64,000 nt of DNA from Phoronis australis (lineage: Eukaryota > Animalia > Phoronida), in NCBI GenBank assembly GCA_002633005.1, contig NMRA01000377.1:119546-183545 (forward strand). Reading direction: 5' to 3'. The notes below the pieces were generated by a model, which was not told where the DNA came from, ran no database searches, and saw only the letters and a list, made by a program, of their open reading frames with translations. This document shows positions 12,858-24,923 of this stretch, in pieces. A program made the translations under genes and the position numbers. Position 1 is the first letter of the stretch. Each line of letters starts with the position of its first letter.

Positions 12858-14645
12858 TCATACATTTGTTTTCTCACCAGTATGTATTCTTGTGTGACGA
12901 CCAAGGCCACTTTTTGATCCAAAACACTTTCCGCAAACAGTACACTTGTATGATGTCTGTCCAGTGTGTGTTCTTGTGTGACGAACAAACCCCCCCTTTG
13001 TTAAAAAACACTTTCCGCAAGCAGTACACTTGTATGCTGTCTGTCCAGTGTGTGTACTTGTGTGACGAACAAGCCCCCTGTTTGTTACAAAACACTTCCC
13101 ACACACAGAACATACGTATGGCATCTCACCAGCATGCCGTTTTGTATGATGAAGAAGTGAACGCTTTTGCTTAAAAGACTTGCCACACTCAGCACATTTG
13201 AATGGTCTCTCACCGGTGTGTGTTCTTGTGTGACGAACAAGACAATAATTTGTTGCAAAAAACATTCCACATATGGTACATTTGCACGTTCTCTCACCAG
13301 TGTGTGTTCTTGTGTGACGAACAAGACAATAATTTGTTGCAAAAAACTGTCCACATATGGTACATTTGTATGTTTTCTCACCAGTGTGTGTTTTTGTGTG
13401 ACGAACAAGGGTACTGTTTCTTACAAAACACTTTCCACAAACAGTGCATCTGTGGGAGGTCTCTCCATTGTGTGTTTTTGTGTGACAAAAAAGGCCACGG
13501 CTTGTTACAAAACACTTTCCGCACACAATACACTTGAATGATTTTTCACCAGAATGCCGTCTTGCGTGAAGAATAAGTGAATTTCTGCGCTTAAAAGACC
13601 TTCCACACTCAGTACATTTGTATGGTGTTTCCTCAGTGTGAGATCTTAACATGTGACTATCACGAAAACCGCTTGTGACAAAACACTTTCCACACAAGGA
13701 ACATTTGTAAGGGGACTCTCCAGTGTGTGTTCTTACATGACAATAAAGGCTATGGCTTGTTACAAAACACTTTCCGCACACAATACATTTGAATGGTTTT
13801 TCACCAGAATGCCGTCTTGCGTGAAGAATAAGTGAATTTCTGCGCTTGAAAGCCTTTCCACACTCAGAACATTTGTGCGGTGTTTCCTCCGAGTGTATTC
13901 TTAACATGTGAATGTCACGACAACTGCTTGTGCCAAAGCACTTTCCACACAAAGCACATTTGTATTTTCTCTCACCAGAGTTGCTTTGAGCATGACGAAG
14001 AAATTCACTGGTTGTTATAAAAGACTTTCCACACTCAATACATGTGAATAGTGTCTCTTCAGTGCGTTGTTTTAACAGACTAACAAGAGAACTGTTTGTT
14101 GGGAAAAGTAGTTCACGCACAGTACGCATGGGTGTTGACTCAGCTGTATGTCTTCCGGTGCCACTAAAAATAGATCCATTTTCAACTACAGACTTTTGAC
14201 ATATAGTATAGTCAAACTGCTTCTCAACAGGCAACAAATTGTGATTATCACGAGTCACGCCTTGTTTGGAAAATTCTTCACTCAAATAGTTGTATGGCTT
14301 TTTTCCCTCAGTAACTGACTCACTCGTTGCCATAGATTCGTCAACACTGTAATCATTGCATTCTAGTTTAAACTCAGTCGGTGTAAACAAAGTGTTACCC
14401 ACAGCACACCCTTCTCCTTCACAGTCAGTCTGGTCTTCATTCAACTCTTGCTTGATAGAAGTAACTTCACCATTCCACTCACTTGAACTGTCAACAACAT
14501 TAGCCATGTCACTTTCTAAACAAGAATTCACAGTTAGGATGTCTGCATAATGCTTCTCACACACAGCCTGGACTAAATCTCCGTCTTTCTGGTCTGTGAC
14601 ACATTCTTGTTTGATTGTTGGCCCATCACAGGTTTCTCCATCCAT
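12858..14645 (-). CDS. C2H2 zinc-finger protein, paralog B (about 14 fingers; 595 aa from the exon-internal ATG)
   Basis: Intact ORF with tandem C2H2 fingers and TGEKP-like linkers. The N-terminus is collinear with paralog A, with an equivalent acceptor TTTTAG at 14654-14659. No upstream exon was identified. Confidence 0.9.
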   Translation of the reverse strand: MDGETCDGPTIKQECVTDQKDGDLVQAVCEKHYADILTVNSCLESDMANVVDSSSEWNGEVTSIKQELNEDQTDCEGEGCAVGNTLFTPTEFKLECNDYSVDESMATSESVTEGKKPYNYLSEEFSKQGVTRDNHNLLPVEKQFDYTICQKSVVENGSIFSGTGRHTAESTPMRTVRELLFPTNSSLVSLLKQRTEETLFTCIECGKSFITTSEFLRHAQSNSGERKYKCALCGKCFGTSSCRDIHMLRIHSEETPHKCSECGKAFKRRNSLILHARRHSGEKPFKCIVCGKCFVTSHSLYCHVRTHTGESPYKCSLCGKCFVTSGFRDSHMLRSHTEETPYKCTECGRSFKRRNSLILHARRHSGEKSFKCIVCGKCFVTSRGLFCHTKTHNGETSHRCTVCGKCFVRNSTLVRHTKTHTGEKTYKCTICGQFFATNYCLVRHTRTHTGERTCKCTICGMFFATNYCLVRHTRTHTGERPFKCAECGKSFKQKRSLLHHTKRHAGEMPYVCSVCGKCFVTNRGLVRHTSTHTGQTAYKCTACGKCFLTKGGFVRHTRTHTGQTSYKCTVCGKCFGSKSGLGRHTRIHTGEKTNV

Positions 14646-17600
14646 GACAATAACTAAAATGGAAAAGTAGAGACAAATTGCCTTTTAAAACAGTTTTCAC
14701 CCTGGATTTGAAAGCTACAGAGTAGTAATGGCTTGTTTTACATGAAACAAACCAGGTGTTATAAAGTTTTTTTGTCACTGTATGCATTCATGAGGCGTCC
14801 TTAAAATACTTTCAATTGACAGGCAAGATGATTATTTTTAGAAAGCCATTTTTCTTTTCAGTTCTATCATAAAGCAAAGTTTGAGAAAATCTCACAAGGG
14901 ATTCCTAGAATATCACTGCAAATATTTTAGACCCCAAAAATCCAGAACTGACCATTCACAAACCCAAAAAATTAAAGCCAGCTAATACAGTCCATGGCTT
15001 CATTGAAAGTAGTTCACAACAGGGCTGATCAGCTAATTCTGCACCACTAGCTCACAATAGAAGCTCGGCTTCAAAGAAAGTGGACAACTCCTGTTGTGAT
15101 GATGGAATCAGGCTTAAGGGTATGTTACGGACACATGAGCATAACCCAACAAGGTGTTACCTTCTAGGTGTCATTTGGAGAAAACCCATCTCCTGGCTAC
15201 TAGGTGTCACGTTTTTAAACAATGTAAATAAAAACAAGACAAGTAATTCTTAATGAAATTGAAAAAAAAATCAGCCACCAAGAAATTTTAATTAAGATAT
15301 ATTTGAATTTAAATGATGTTCATTTACTTGAGGATTAATACATCATGCACGTTGTAATAAGCATCTATTCATGAGAATCCAATGCTCGAAATAACTGATT
15401 TCTCTCCGACATCAGTCAGCATCTGAGAAGAATTTCAGACACTAAACGGCGCAATGGACCATGTTACTTTTGATTTTCACATGTTGAACACTCCTCAGGC
15501 AAACGCATGTCAAGATCACTGAGGAACAAAAATAAAATTACTTCAGTTTTATAACTAACAATCTTTCATTTATTCATGGTTAGTTTAGTATCTGTCAATG
15601 TACACAAATAGCTATGATAAGAAAATCTGCTAAGAAGCAGCACCATCACCATCAAAACAAACTTGACCTTATTTCTCAAGTTATTCGATAGTCTGACCCT
15701 CAAACATTCAGGTAAGTGTGTCAACCATTAGAAGAATTATAATAAGAAACTTCGTTTTTGACATTCTTTAATCCTTTATTCATTACGTTCAATTCTACTA
15801 CCAGCTGCGCAATTTACTTGTGGTGACATGATAAAAACTTCGACCTATTCACAACCACGTTTTCCAACGGTCAGGATTACACATTTTTTGATCAAGTGAT
15901 CTGTAATTTGCATATTTAAGACAAATAATGAATGGGAGAGGACTACAGTTTTGGGAGTATTAAGTTTATATTATATCTCTATAATTCATAGGTAACTTAA
16001 TTCATAGTTGCTTGCTCACCTATGCTACTAGTATTGGCACTACTAGTACTAGGAGTAGGACCAAATCTCTTTCTAGTTCGAAATGTGACTGCTATGCATG
16101 TGTTCTTGTGCATTACAAAAACATGTTGTTGCATGCGCGCACCCTGGGGGGCTCGGGGGACTCGTAGACAAAAAGGTCCAATTCAGCGAAACCAAGTGTC
16201 CGAAAATGTAGAAAATGAGACAAGAGTCCACTAAAAAGGAAGGAACTACCAAAATTCCGTGAATGCACAATTCATAGCTCTTAACATACCCTTCTTTTTA
16301 GTAAAAGGTCCACATTGTCAAAAATTCTAGGCCCCATAATTTTTAGGCTGGGTGCACACACGGTTGTTGTACAGTCAGTCCGCAATGAAGTAGTGTTCGA
16401 GTAAAGACAGTCATATGAAATTGAAGTTCGTAGACTTGGAAGTAGATATACACTTTGGAGAATGTAATTAAAATTTGGGTTATTGTTTACAATCCGACTC
16501 CATTAACGTACATACTTGATACTACTATTTTCTAAATCCTCTAGTCATGGTGATTCCAAAAATGCATTACTTGTACTGACTGGTCGATTAGTATTCACAA
16601 TTTCCAAGTTTTTCATTTGTAACGCGGATTTAGTTTGGCAGCCATTTTTAAAAGTGCGACACCTGTCTTGCCAGTGAACAGTATCAAGAGCACCTGAAAG
16701 ACTAGCCAGCCAGCTTGCAGTATGAAGATTGTCGTCAAACTACAGCTAGCTATCATTGTGTGATGAGCTCCGTTAGAGCCAGAAATTTCACAAAGGCACA
16801 GCCCGAGTCATTGCCTAATAATCCCCTTGCATTCATTCATTCACTCACAAGTAAAAACAAAGATCACAGGAGTAGGAGACACTTTTAGTGCAATGTTCGA
16901 TTGTCTTATAGTAAAGACAGAGTCCGAACTCAGGTCTCCCAAACGGGTGTCCGAAGCTCAGTCAAAGACAAAAGTAGTCAAACCACTGTCACCGAGTCAC
17001 ACTGTCTTTTCACTCCTATCTCCACACGACATTACCACTTTTTTATCTCCATTACCCGAGGTGTGATTTTTAACTGAACTTTGTTTTCCTTTCTTGACCT
17101 CGTCAAGTTTCGCGGTAGCCTGGGGTCCCTAACCTAAGATTTGTACACTCCTGCGCACAGAGGTAGAAAATGTGCAAAGATAATAACTCCTGGATCTAAA
17201 ATGTGTTCCCGGGTAATGATGAACATTTTCGTAGGGTGGCGCCCGTGCATTAGAGGGGGAGCTTAGCTGTGCACTTAAACGTCATGCACTAATTAACTTT
17301 ATCCAGCGTTTTATGCAACCGGGTTCCGGGTGGTCTACTGGGAGGCCGGACCAGCCTGGGTCTGACAGACACAATAGCTAGTGACTGCTTTTTCAATGAA
17401 AAGATGGATACTTTTCTGTTTCCTTCAGTGACACATTTTTGAGTTGATCGGTGTAATTTTGTTTGATTTTATCCAATCGACGTGAAACTGCCACTTTCAC
17501 GCGCCCGCGGTCGGGATTCGGTGCGGCTCAAAGCAGGCAATGGCTGGACTCACGCACTGGAAACCTTGGCCACGGTAATCCGATGTTAACGTTATGGTCG

Positions 17601-18884
17601 GACCTGAAAACGAATCAGCCGGTACCTAAAAGCCAGGGTGCGGTTTCGCAATGCGGATAAGATGGGGATAATTAAAATAATCCCCTTTTCAACTCGACGA
17701 TCTGGACTCCACTTGCCGCGGGTCCGTCTTCGTTTTGTACTCACTATTGTCCAGTCTCCTTCCTATCCAGCACTCGGCTACTATAAATTGAATCTTCACT
17801 TGCACACGCCGAAAGGGTCGGGGAAGACTGCGAGTTGTATTGGTGCACGTCAAGTACCTGATGAGTTGCGGCCGGTGTTTAATGACACTTCGGTCCCCAA
17901 GAAACCGCGGTTTTAGTCTTCCGAACCTTGATAATCTAGGAACTGATGACTAAAAGAGAATTATAGTGATGTAGGCTAACCAACGGGAGCAATTCTATAC
18001 TTTAAACAAGAGGTTACTGTATCCATCCTCACCCCCAAAGAAGTGCATCATCTTGTATCCAAAATAGGCCTACTGCGTTTTTGAAAAATTTTTGTACACA
18101 AATCTCCTGCATATAGGTGCATGCGCGTAAGCCCCACAATTAGGGGATTGGTACACAATTTGGGGCGGGTGCTTACGGTAGTTGAACAAAAGATTTTTTC
18201 AAATGCTTTCTTTGTGGTCGTGATTTTCCGGATTGAAAAACTAAATTTCGATGCTAACCTCCTATCCCATTCTCATAGTTCTCGAATTGCCGACTGTTGT
18301 TATTGGTGGGCGTAAATTAAAGTGGCTTATTTTTGTTGTGACACTTCGGGTCTGCAGCGCCAACCCTATTGTCACATTTTAAATCTGTAACAGTTTGGAA
18401 AGTTGTGATAGTTTGCGCACGCACAGTGCTTATGTGTGAAAGGTGAGCAGTAACCAAGGAAGAACTCTTTAAAAATACCACGCAAGTGAAACTTGACATG
18501 CGTGCGAAGCAGTGGTCAGTGGATTGGAAAGAGCCTGCTCTGCCCCATTGTACTTTTTTGAACTGAGCAGTTTTGAGGAGCGTTTTTTCATTACCATAGG
18601 TCATAGTTTCGTTTTTTTACCCAAATAGTTGTCTTTGTTGAGCAAAGAAACGCGTTTTTAATCATTTCTCTGACATGAAATAAAGATTCACGTAAATGAG
18701 ATCGCCCGGATTACAAATTTTACTGAACTTCTTCTATCTATACGTGGCATATACAAGCGATAACACGCCCTAAATGCCCGACATAAAATACACTGCTTAT
18801 CTGATGAAAATTTTAATGGTGATGTCGGTATATACGGACGTGATGGTTGGAGAGAGAAGGAAGTGTGACGACTGGTTTCCACCA

Positions 18885-20010
18885 TTGCGTGCCCATCTCG
18901 CTTGCGGTAGATAACCAGTCCACCATGACGTCAATAATTGCTGTCTGCATCCACCGTGCAGGTCATTTCAACGCGTGCCCATCTCGCTTTGTTGAATACA
19001 ACCAGCCAGACTTTTCTATATATTACGGCCTTAACTTCAGGCTATCTTTTCGCATTTCCTGTTGTTGGAGCCTGAAAACCTTTTTCTTCGAGTGGGAGTC
19101 CATGTTACGTCAGATGAACCATAATTAGTACATGAAGAGATCTCTCGTGCAGCCGTGCCCTATTCGGCCCGATGACTGATCTCTTCTGTCACCCAAACCG
19201 TTGCACGCGCGTCAATTTCGCTTACAAAAGTACGTCGTTCTTTGTCCATATCGAATCCACACAAGTGCGTGCCCTTCGAGGCGTGCCCATCTCGCCATAC
19301 AAAGACTGAGTATACAATCATCCGGGTTTTCTTAGGACCTTTGTTCTCGATCCTGTCTAGTAAGCTTCATTGCTGTCCATCAAACAACAACACTGCGCTA
19401 AATTGGAGGTTCGTGACCACCATCATTCGCGTGCGTGTCCATCTCGCTTGTACAAGGGTAGGCCTTCTGTGCTAGTAGGTGAACCTTTTACGAAATAACA
19501 TTTACTGTGAGACGCACACTAAGATCCCTGAGACGTGTGCCAATCTCGCGGCTTTTAACGAAGTCTTCTGGCCAAACACTCATTGCAACTTGGTTTGTCA
19601 TAAACTTGTGTTTGTCATGCAGTTGGGAGTAACTCACTGTTGCACACCAATTAAGACGCTCCGCTTCCCTTCGTTATATACGTACCCATCTCGCTTACGA
19701 AGGAGGACAATCCGACATGCACTTGGCCTAGCTTGTTGTTATCAGCCTCAGGCTTATCAAACAAATGTGTTCCTCGATCGGATCTCACTGTTGCACACCA
19801 AACCTCTGAGAGTAGCCTCTTTCGATACGTACTCATCTCGCTTACGAAGGAGGACAGTCCGACATGCTCTTGCCCTAGTTTGTTGTTATCAGCCCCAGGC
19901 TAATCCAACAAATGTGTTCGCGCATATCTCACCGTTGCATACCATCGTTTCTACGGGAATTAAGCACCCCTTTGATGCAAACCCATCTCGCTTTCGGAGG
20001 AGGACAGTTT
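18885..20010. repeat. Degenerate ~150-bp tandem array with conserved (G)CGTRCCCATCTCGCTT core
   Basis: Core at about 18887, 18973, 19281, 19433, 19534, 19681, 19828 and 19979. The last ~2.5 units (19632-20010) align over their full length. Confidence 0.7.
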
Positions 20011-21919
20011 TGGTGACAATGTTCTGACCTGGGTTGTGTTTCCTTCAGCTACGAAGGATTTGCTGTCGAGTTGACATACTGCAGTCTACATAAGTTGACC
20101 GTCTGGATACGCTGCCAGACACCTCCCCTACTCTTGTGCTCATCGTATTAGGAAGGTTTGGTACTTATTTACAGACTATCAGTTCGGCGCGACGCACAGC
20201 ATCATTGTTCCATCATTTCTTCCTGGGATGGTTGGATGTTCAAACCGCCACGTTTCAGTACAGGAGGACCTGTAAACGGGCCTTCCCTTGAGAACGTGCC
20301 AATCGCTCACAAGAGGAATCGAAATGCTGACGTCGCATCCCTGTGCCAGGTCACAGTTACGTAGAGCGCTTGTGATGTCACTTGCTTTATGACGTGATCT
20401 TTGTTCAGCCTTGACATGCGCATTGGAGAGCCATGATTGAGAGCGACTCCCCGACACGTCCTATCAGCTTGGCAGCCAAAGATGTTGTGACGCCTGGTAT
20501 CCAAAAACATATCGTCGAAACAATATGATGACGTGCTGGTCGGCAAGCAACGAACGTTAAACAAATAACACGACATAAGCGATGACGTTGCAAACAACCA
20601 GTTTCGTCATTCACGATCAATTTTTTAATTACAGTCGTTGCTTATATAGATAAAATATTCAAAAAAATTGATATATTTCTAATACGATCTAAACACATGT
20701 ATGTACACACTAGCTTGAGCAGTAAGACAATAGACCCCTAACCAAAGCTATCAATGTCCAAGTCTTTTCCTGATTTCCTCAAAAATATTTCCCTCAAAAT
20801 ATATTGGCGTGTTTTTAGAGAATCTATTCCGCAAGTCTTTGGGATATCGACTCACATCCATGTCCCTTGACCATTGCTAGTTGTGGAATATTCTTGGCAC
20901 ATTAGTCGTCCCAACCATCGGGATTCAATGCAGCTCAATTTCTGGTGAAAACCCTTAACACGCACGTAAAAGAAAGATTTGCCGCGCTGCACAGGTTAAA
21001 AGCATTAAAGTATTCAATTGTATAGAAGATGGACACACTGCAAAAACCACGAATAAAAACTCGGATTTACCACAACACACACAGACACACACGCAAGCAC
21101 AGTAACTCTTTCCGTAAGCAAGTATTAGAGCATCTGACCGAAAACACAGCATGTGTAGAACCTGGGCCACGTAATTGTCTGTGGTAAGACCGAGTGTGAT
21201 AAGAGTAATAACGTTTTATGCGCGGTAAGACTGCGGTGTTCGGTAAGGCTGCGTATCCACGATGATGCTATAGACCGTTTCAAACCCCTGTGGGAAAAGA
21301 TCACCCATCAATTTTGAGATGGGGATATAACTCTTCAGTTGCTCCCTCACTTTATCTTTAAGGATTGTCGCCAAAGATGCATTAAGTAAAAATGAACTTA
21401 AAGTTAGTTTATTGGAGCGGTGATTCTAAAACTCCCGGGATGTGACGTAACTTCCCCATGACGTCACTACCATAGATTCGCTGGAGCGCATTCCCTACAC
21501 TGGAACCTAAGAATAATCCAGCAATGTTCATGATATTGACAGTTAAGACTGGTCTGCTGGATAACCTTTTAGATTTGCCAGATCTTCGGAGACCTCTTGT
21601 CTCCAATGGGATGTTGATTGTGATGAGTCGCGGGAACTCTGGTCAGGTGGGAAACCAAGTGCCTCTATATTCTCGTTCTAAGACGAGGACAAATTAAATC
21701 TAACACCAATTAATTTGTTGAGAGAAAGCTGTAGGACGGTGATATAGCCTCCTGCACACTTCTCTCAAACCAGTTACTTTCTCTGCACAGAATTTCGAAA
21801 CTTCCATTGCATCCATCCATCCATCACCCTCCCCGACACCTATACCTAACTACAACGTACATACATGCATACAAAGTACACACGTACAAATATCTGTATG
21901 TGAACGTGTGCATGTGTCT

Positions 21920-22859
21920 ATGTATGTATGCATGTATGTATGCATGTATGTATGCATGTATGTATGCATGCATGTATGTATGCATGTATGTATGTAGCCT
22001 ATGCATGTATATATGCGTGAATGTCGTCACATGCAGAGTGACCACAAGGAAAGAACTGAAACACCTGATGTAAGTCACTAATTCCCTTTCTTTATACTTC
22101 TCTGAGCGTGATAAAAGCTCGAAAAACACACTTCACCAAGTTTCCATTACCATATGTATACACTCGATAGACCGATTATATTGACATTACACATTGCAGC
22201 GTTTTATATCCACTGTACCTTGAACATGTACAGTTATTTGTGAAATTCATGCACAATGATCACAATTTCAAATTCAAGCTGACTAAATGTCTCTGTTTCC
22301 AAGGCTCATTGCGGGGAATTGTCGACCGTGAAATCGTATATTCGAACGTCCTTGACATCCACTGAAGCGANATGTATGCATGCGTGTATGTATGTATGTA
22401 TGTATGTATGCATGTATGTATGCATGTATGTATGCATGTATGTATGCATGTATGTATGTATGTATGTATGTATGTATGTATGTATGTATGTATGCATGTA
22501 TGTATGTCGTCACATGCAGAGTGACCACAAGGAAAGAACTGAAACACCTGATGTACTATGAAGTCACTAATTCCCTTTCTTTATACTTCTCTGAGCGTGA
22601 TAAAAGCTCGAAAAACACACTTCATCAAGTTTCCATTACCATATGTATACACTCGATGGACCGATTATATTGACATTACACATTGCAGCGTTTTATATCC
22701 ACTGTACCTTGAACATGTACAGTTATTTGTGAAATTCATGCACAATGATCACAATTTCAAATTCAAGCTGACTAAATGTCTCTGTTTCCAAGGCTCATTG
22801 CGGGGAATTGTCGACCGTGAAATCGTATATTCGAACGTCCTTGACATCCACTGAAGCGA
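21920..22859. repeat. (TATG/CATG)n microsatellite plus ~350-bp unique flank, present twice on either side of the single N at 22371
   Basis: 21920-22370 and 22372-22859 are near-identical, with a few SNPs, a small indel and different microsatellite lengths. Confidence 0.9.
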
Positions 22860-24565
22860 TCTATGTGTATGAAACTGCATAGACGTTCGTAGCCTCTCTG
22901 AGCATGTCACTGAGATGACCATAATTCCAACGGGACTACTTGTGCAAAGTTATTGTGTTTTAGTAACATGAAAACTTTCAGACCCATTTCGGCAGCAAAT
23001 TGGACCATGACAGCAAAACGAAATATTAGTCAATCTAAGCTTTCTGTTTGTGGCCTACTCGTTTACTCTAGTAGAAGACGAAAATCATTTTGTTTAGTCC
23101 ATCCGATGACGATTTTTAAAGTTTATACTTAAAAATGGTACATTCAAGACTGTAAGCATGAACAGCAAAATTATCCGAGAATGTCATGCTGTCAGGTGAT
23201 AATTTAAATTTAGCTGTAATTCTATGTTGGTGCATGTAGTTGGTAGAGACGATTTAGATAATACGTAGAGTTTTTGGAACGTTAGGTATAATTGCGTATG
23301 TGGGCTGGAGGCCTTTTGTTCAACAACGAAATAACATTTAACTCGGTGCTCAGTCTAAGAATTCGTTCTTTTACTCTTATCAAAGTAGCACGTCTGGTCA
23401 ACAGATTTATAACAAACGGTGCTTAAAACGATACGCTGTAACGAGCCAACTCATAGTTTTAGAGCCTGATCTCAGTGATCACGAATTTTCTAGATATTTT
23501 GTTAAACTTTGCACAGACTTGTCGATAATGTCCGACATAACCTTAACGCACTTCTGAACTTTTGCCTCCGTATTCAGTTGAGTTTCACATTGTGCTCATA
23601 GCAAGAATATCCTTTTCACGCTGTGAACATTTCTTCAATGGCGCATGCCCGGTAGTACTCTCGGGTGAATAAGATTTGCTATATATTCCTGGAGATACGT
23701 TTAGTCTAGAGTGGAAAGGATCTTGAATGATTGCCGTCCAAAATGCATGAAAATATGGGCAATGCTTTGCTTTTTACGTTTCTCCTCTTTCATATCCAAG
23801 TCGTCTACAGCAATGATTGGTTCAGCAAAATAGTTGAACACAGAGACACCAAGAGCGTTTACTCCGTCACTCATGACGTGTCACTACCGGCGTGTCTTCT
23901 AATGTGCAGCACAGAACGACGTAGCAACCAGTGGTCGTGCATCGCCGTGAATTACTTCCCGGCGAAAAGACTTTGTGAATTTTGCAAACCGAGCTGTAAC
24001 CAAACAGCGACAGTATCAGGAGCGTCACCCGGTTGGGTGCATTGGACAACTCCAGCATTTGGTGGGTGAATATTTTAACATTTGTTTTATACTTTCCGTT
24101 ATCGATTTGGATGCCACGGAAACGTACGGGTAGCCTGTGGCACAACTTCGCGGTATTGCGTTGGGAAAACCTTTCCAGACATTTTTATGCATGGTAGATA
24201 TCTGGCGAGGTTACTCCAAACTTCTAAATGTCACGACTCTTACAATAACTGCTTACATATGAACCTTTGCGTATTTTTTTCTGGAGCAGTACCGGTGGAA
24301 AATTAAACTTTCCACTGAGTCAGATTTGCCATCCAATGGTCCTATACTGTACTGACGGTGTGAATTCTCAAAGTCTGTATGACTCTTGAGAACGCTCAAG
24401 ACGGACGCACGTACTGACTTTTTCTTATGTGTCAAACAAAAGTGGTCACAAAGTAGGCGTTTTCGTTGTTATTGATGTTGTTTTAGCTGCTGCTGTTGTA
24501 ATGTTTGCTGTCGTCGCGTGACTGTCGCATGCTGATCTTGCTGCGCTTCTACTACCCTGCCTTCG

Positions 24566-24637
24566 CATGGGCGGCGCAGCACTGAAATAAGTGGGGGCTG
24601 CATCCCCCACCCAGCCCCCTATGGTGCGTCGTCCATG
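24566..24637. mobile_element. 72-bp MITE with imperfect 13-bp TIRs and 5-bp TSD
   Basis: CATGGGCGGCGCA ... TGCGTCGTCCATG, flanked by CTTCG at 24561-24565 and 24638-24642. Confidence 0.65.
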
Positions 24638-24923
24638 CTTCGCCACCGTCTCCCATAGTGTTACTATTTGAGATTCCCATGTTTCATCCAGTGCTGTAGT
24701 GGTAAAATAAGAGGTAAGTAAGCGACCAAAGGCCCATCGTTTCGCCTTGAGCGCTGAATTTTAAAAGTGCATTGAGCTCGCCAAACCTGACTCACAAACA
24801 TGTGGGCCTACTGTTTGACTCACGAGGGGGTATTTACATGGATTCTGCAGTGGCGTATCTTGGATGTCGGAGAAAGATCGAGGGTCCAACCACAAACATT
24901 CGAAGGCAAAGGTTCGCGTGGAT

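Larger units (their letters stand above)
9783..17230. repeat. Tandem segmental duplication, copy B (contains zinc-finger gene B)
   Basis: Collinear with copy A, with independent insertions. Similarity is patchy beyond 15065. Confidence 0.75.

Noticed and set aside
5298-14550. Many overlapping short ORFs, antisense or frame-shifted over the ZNF exons
   Set aside because: By-products of the 84-bp finger periodicity with no independent coding signature.
18885-20010. CRISPR-like or integron-like reading of the core-plus-spacer array
   Set aside because: Eukaryotic context, no cas or integrase gene, irregular spacing, and right-hand spacers are homologous to each other.
19479-20027. 182-aa ORF with repeated PSRLRRRT peptide
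   Set aside because: Explained by 147/150-bp repeat units. GTG start, no recognisable domain, and upstream units are out of frame.
21807-22673. ORFs of CMYV/HTYI repeats
   Set aside because: Translations of a TATG microsatellite.
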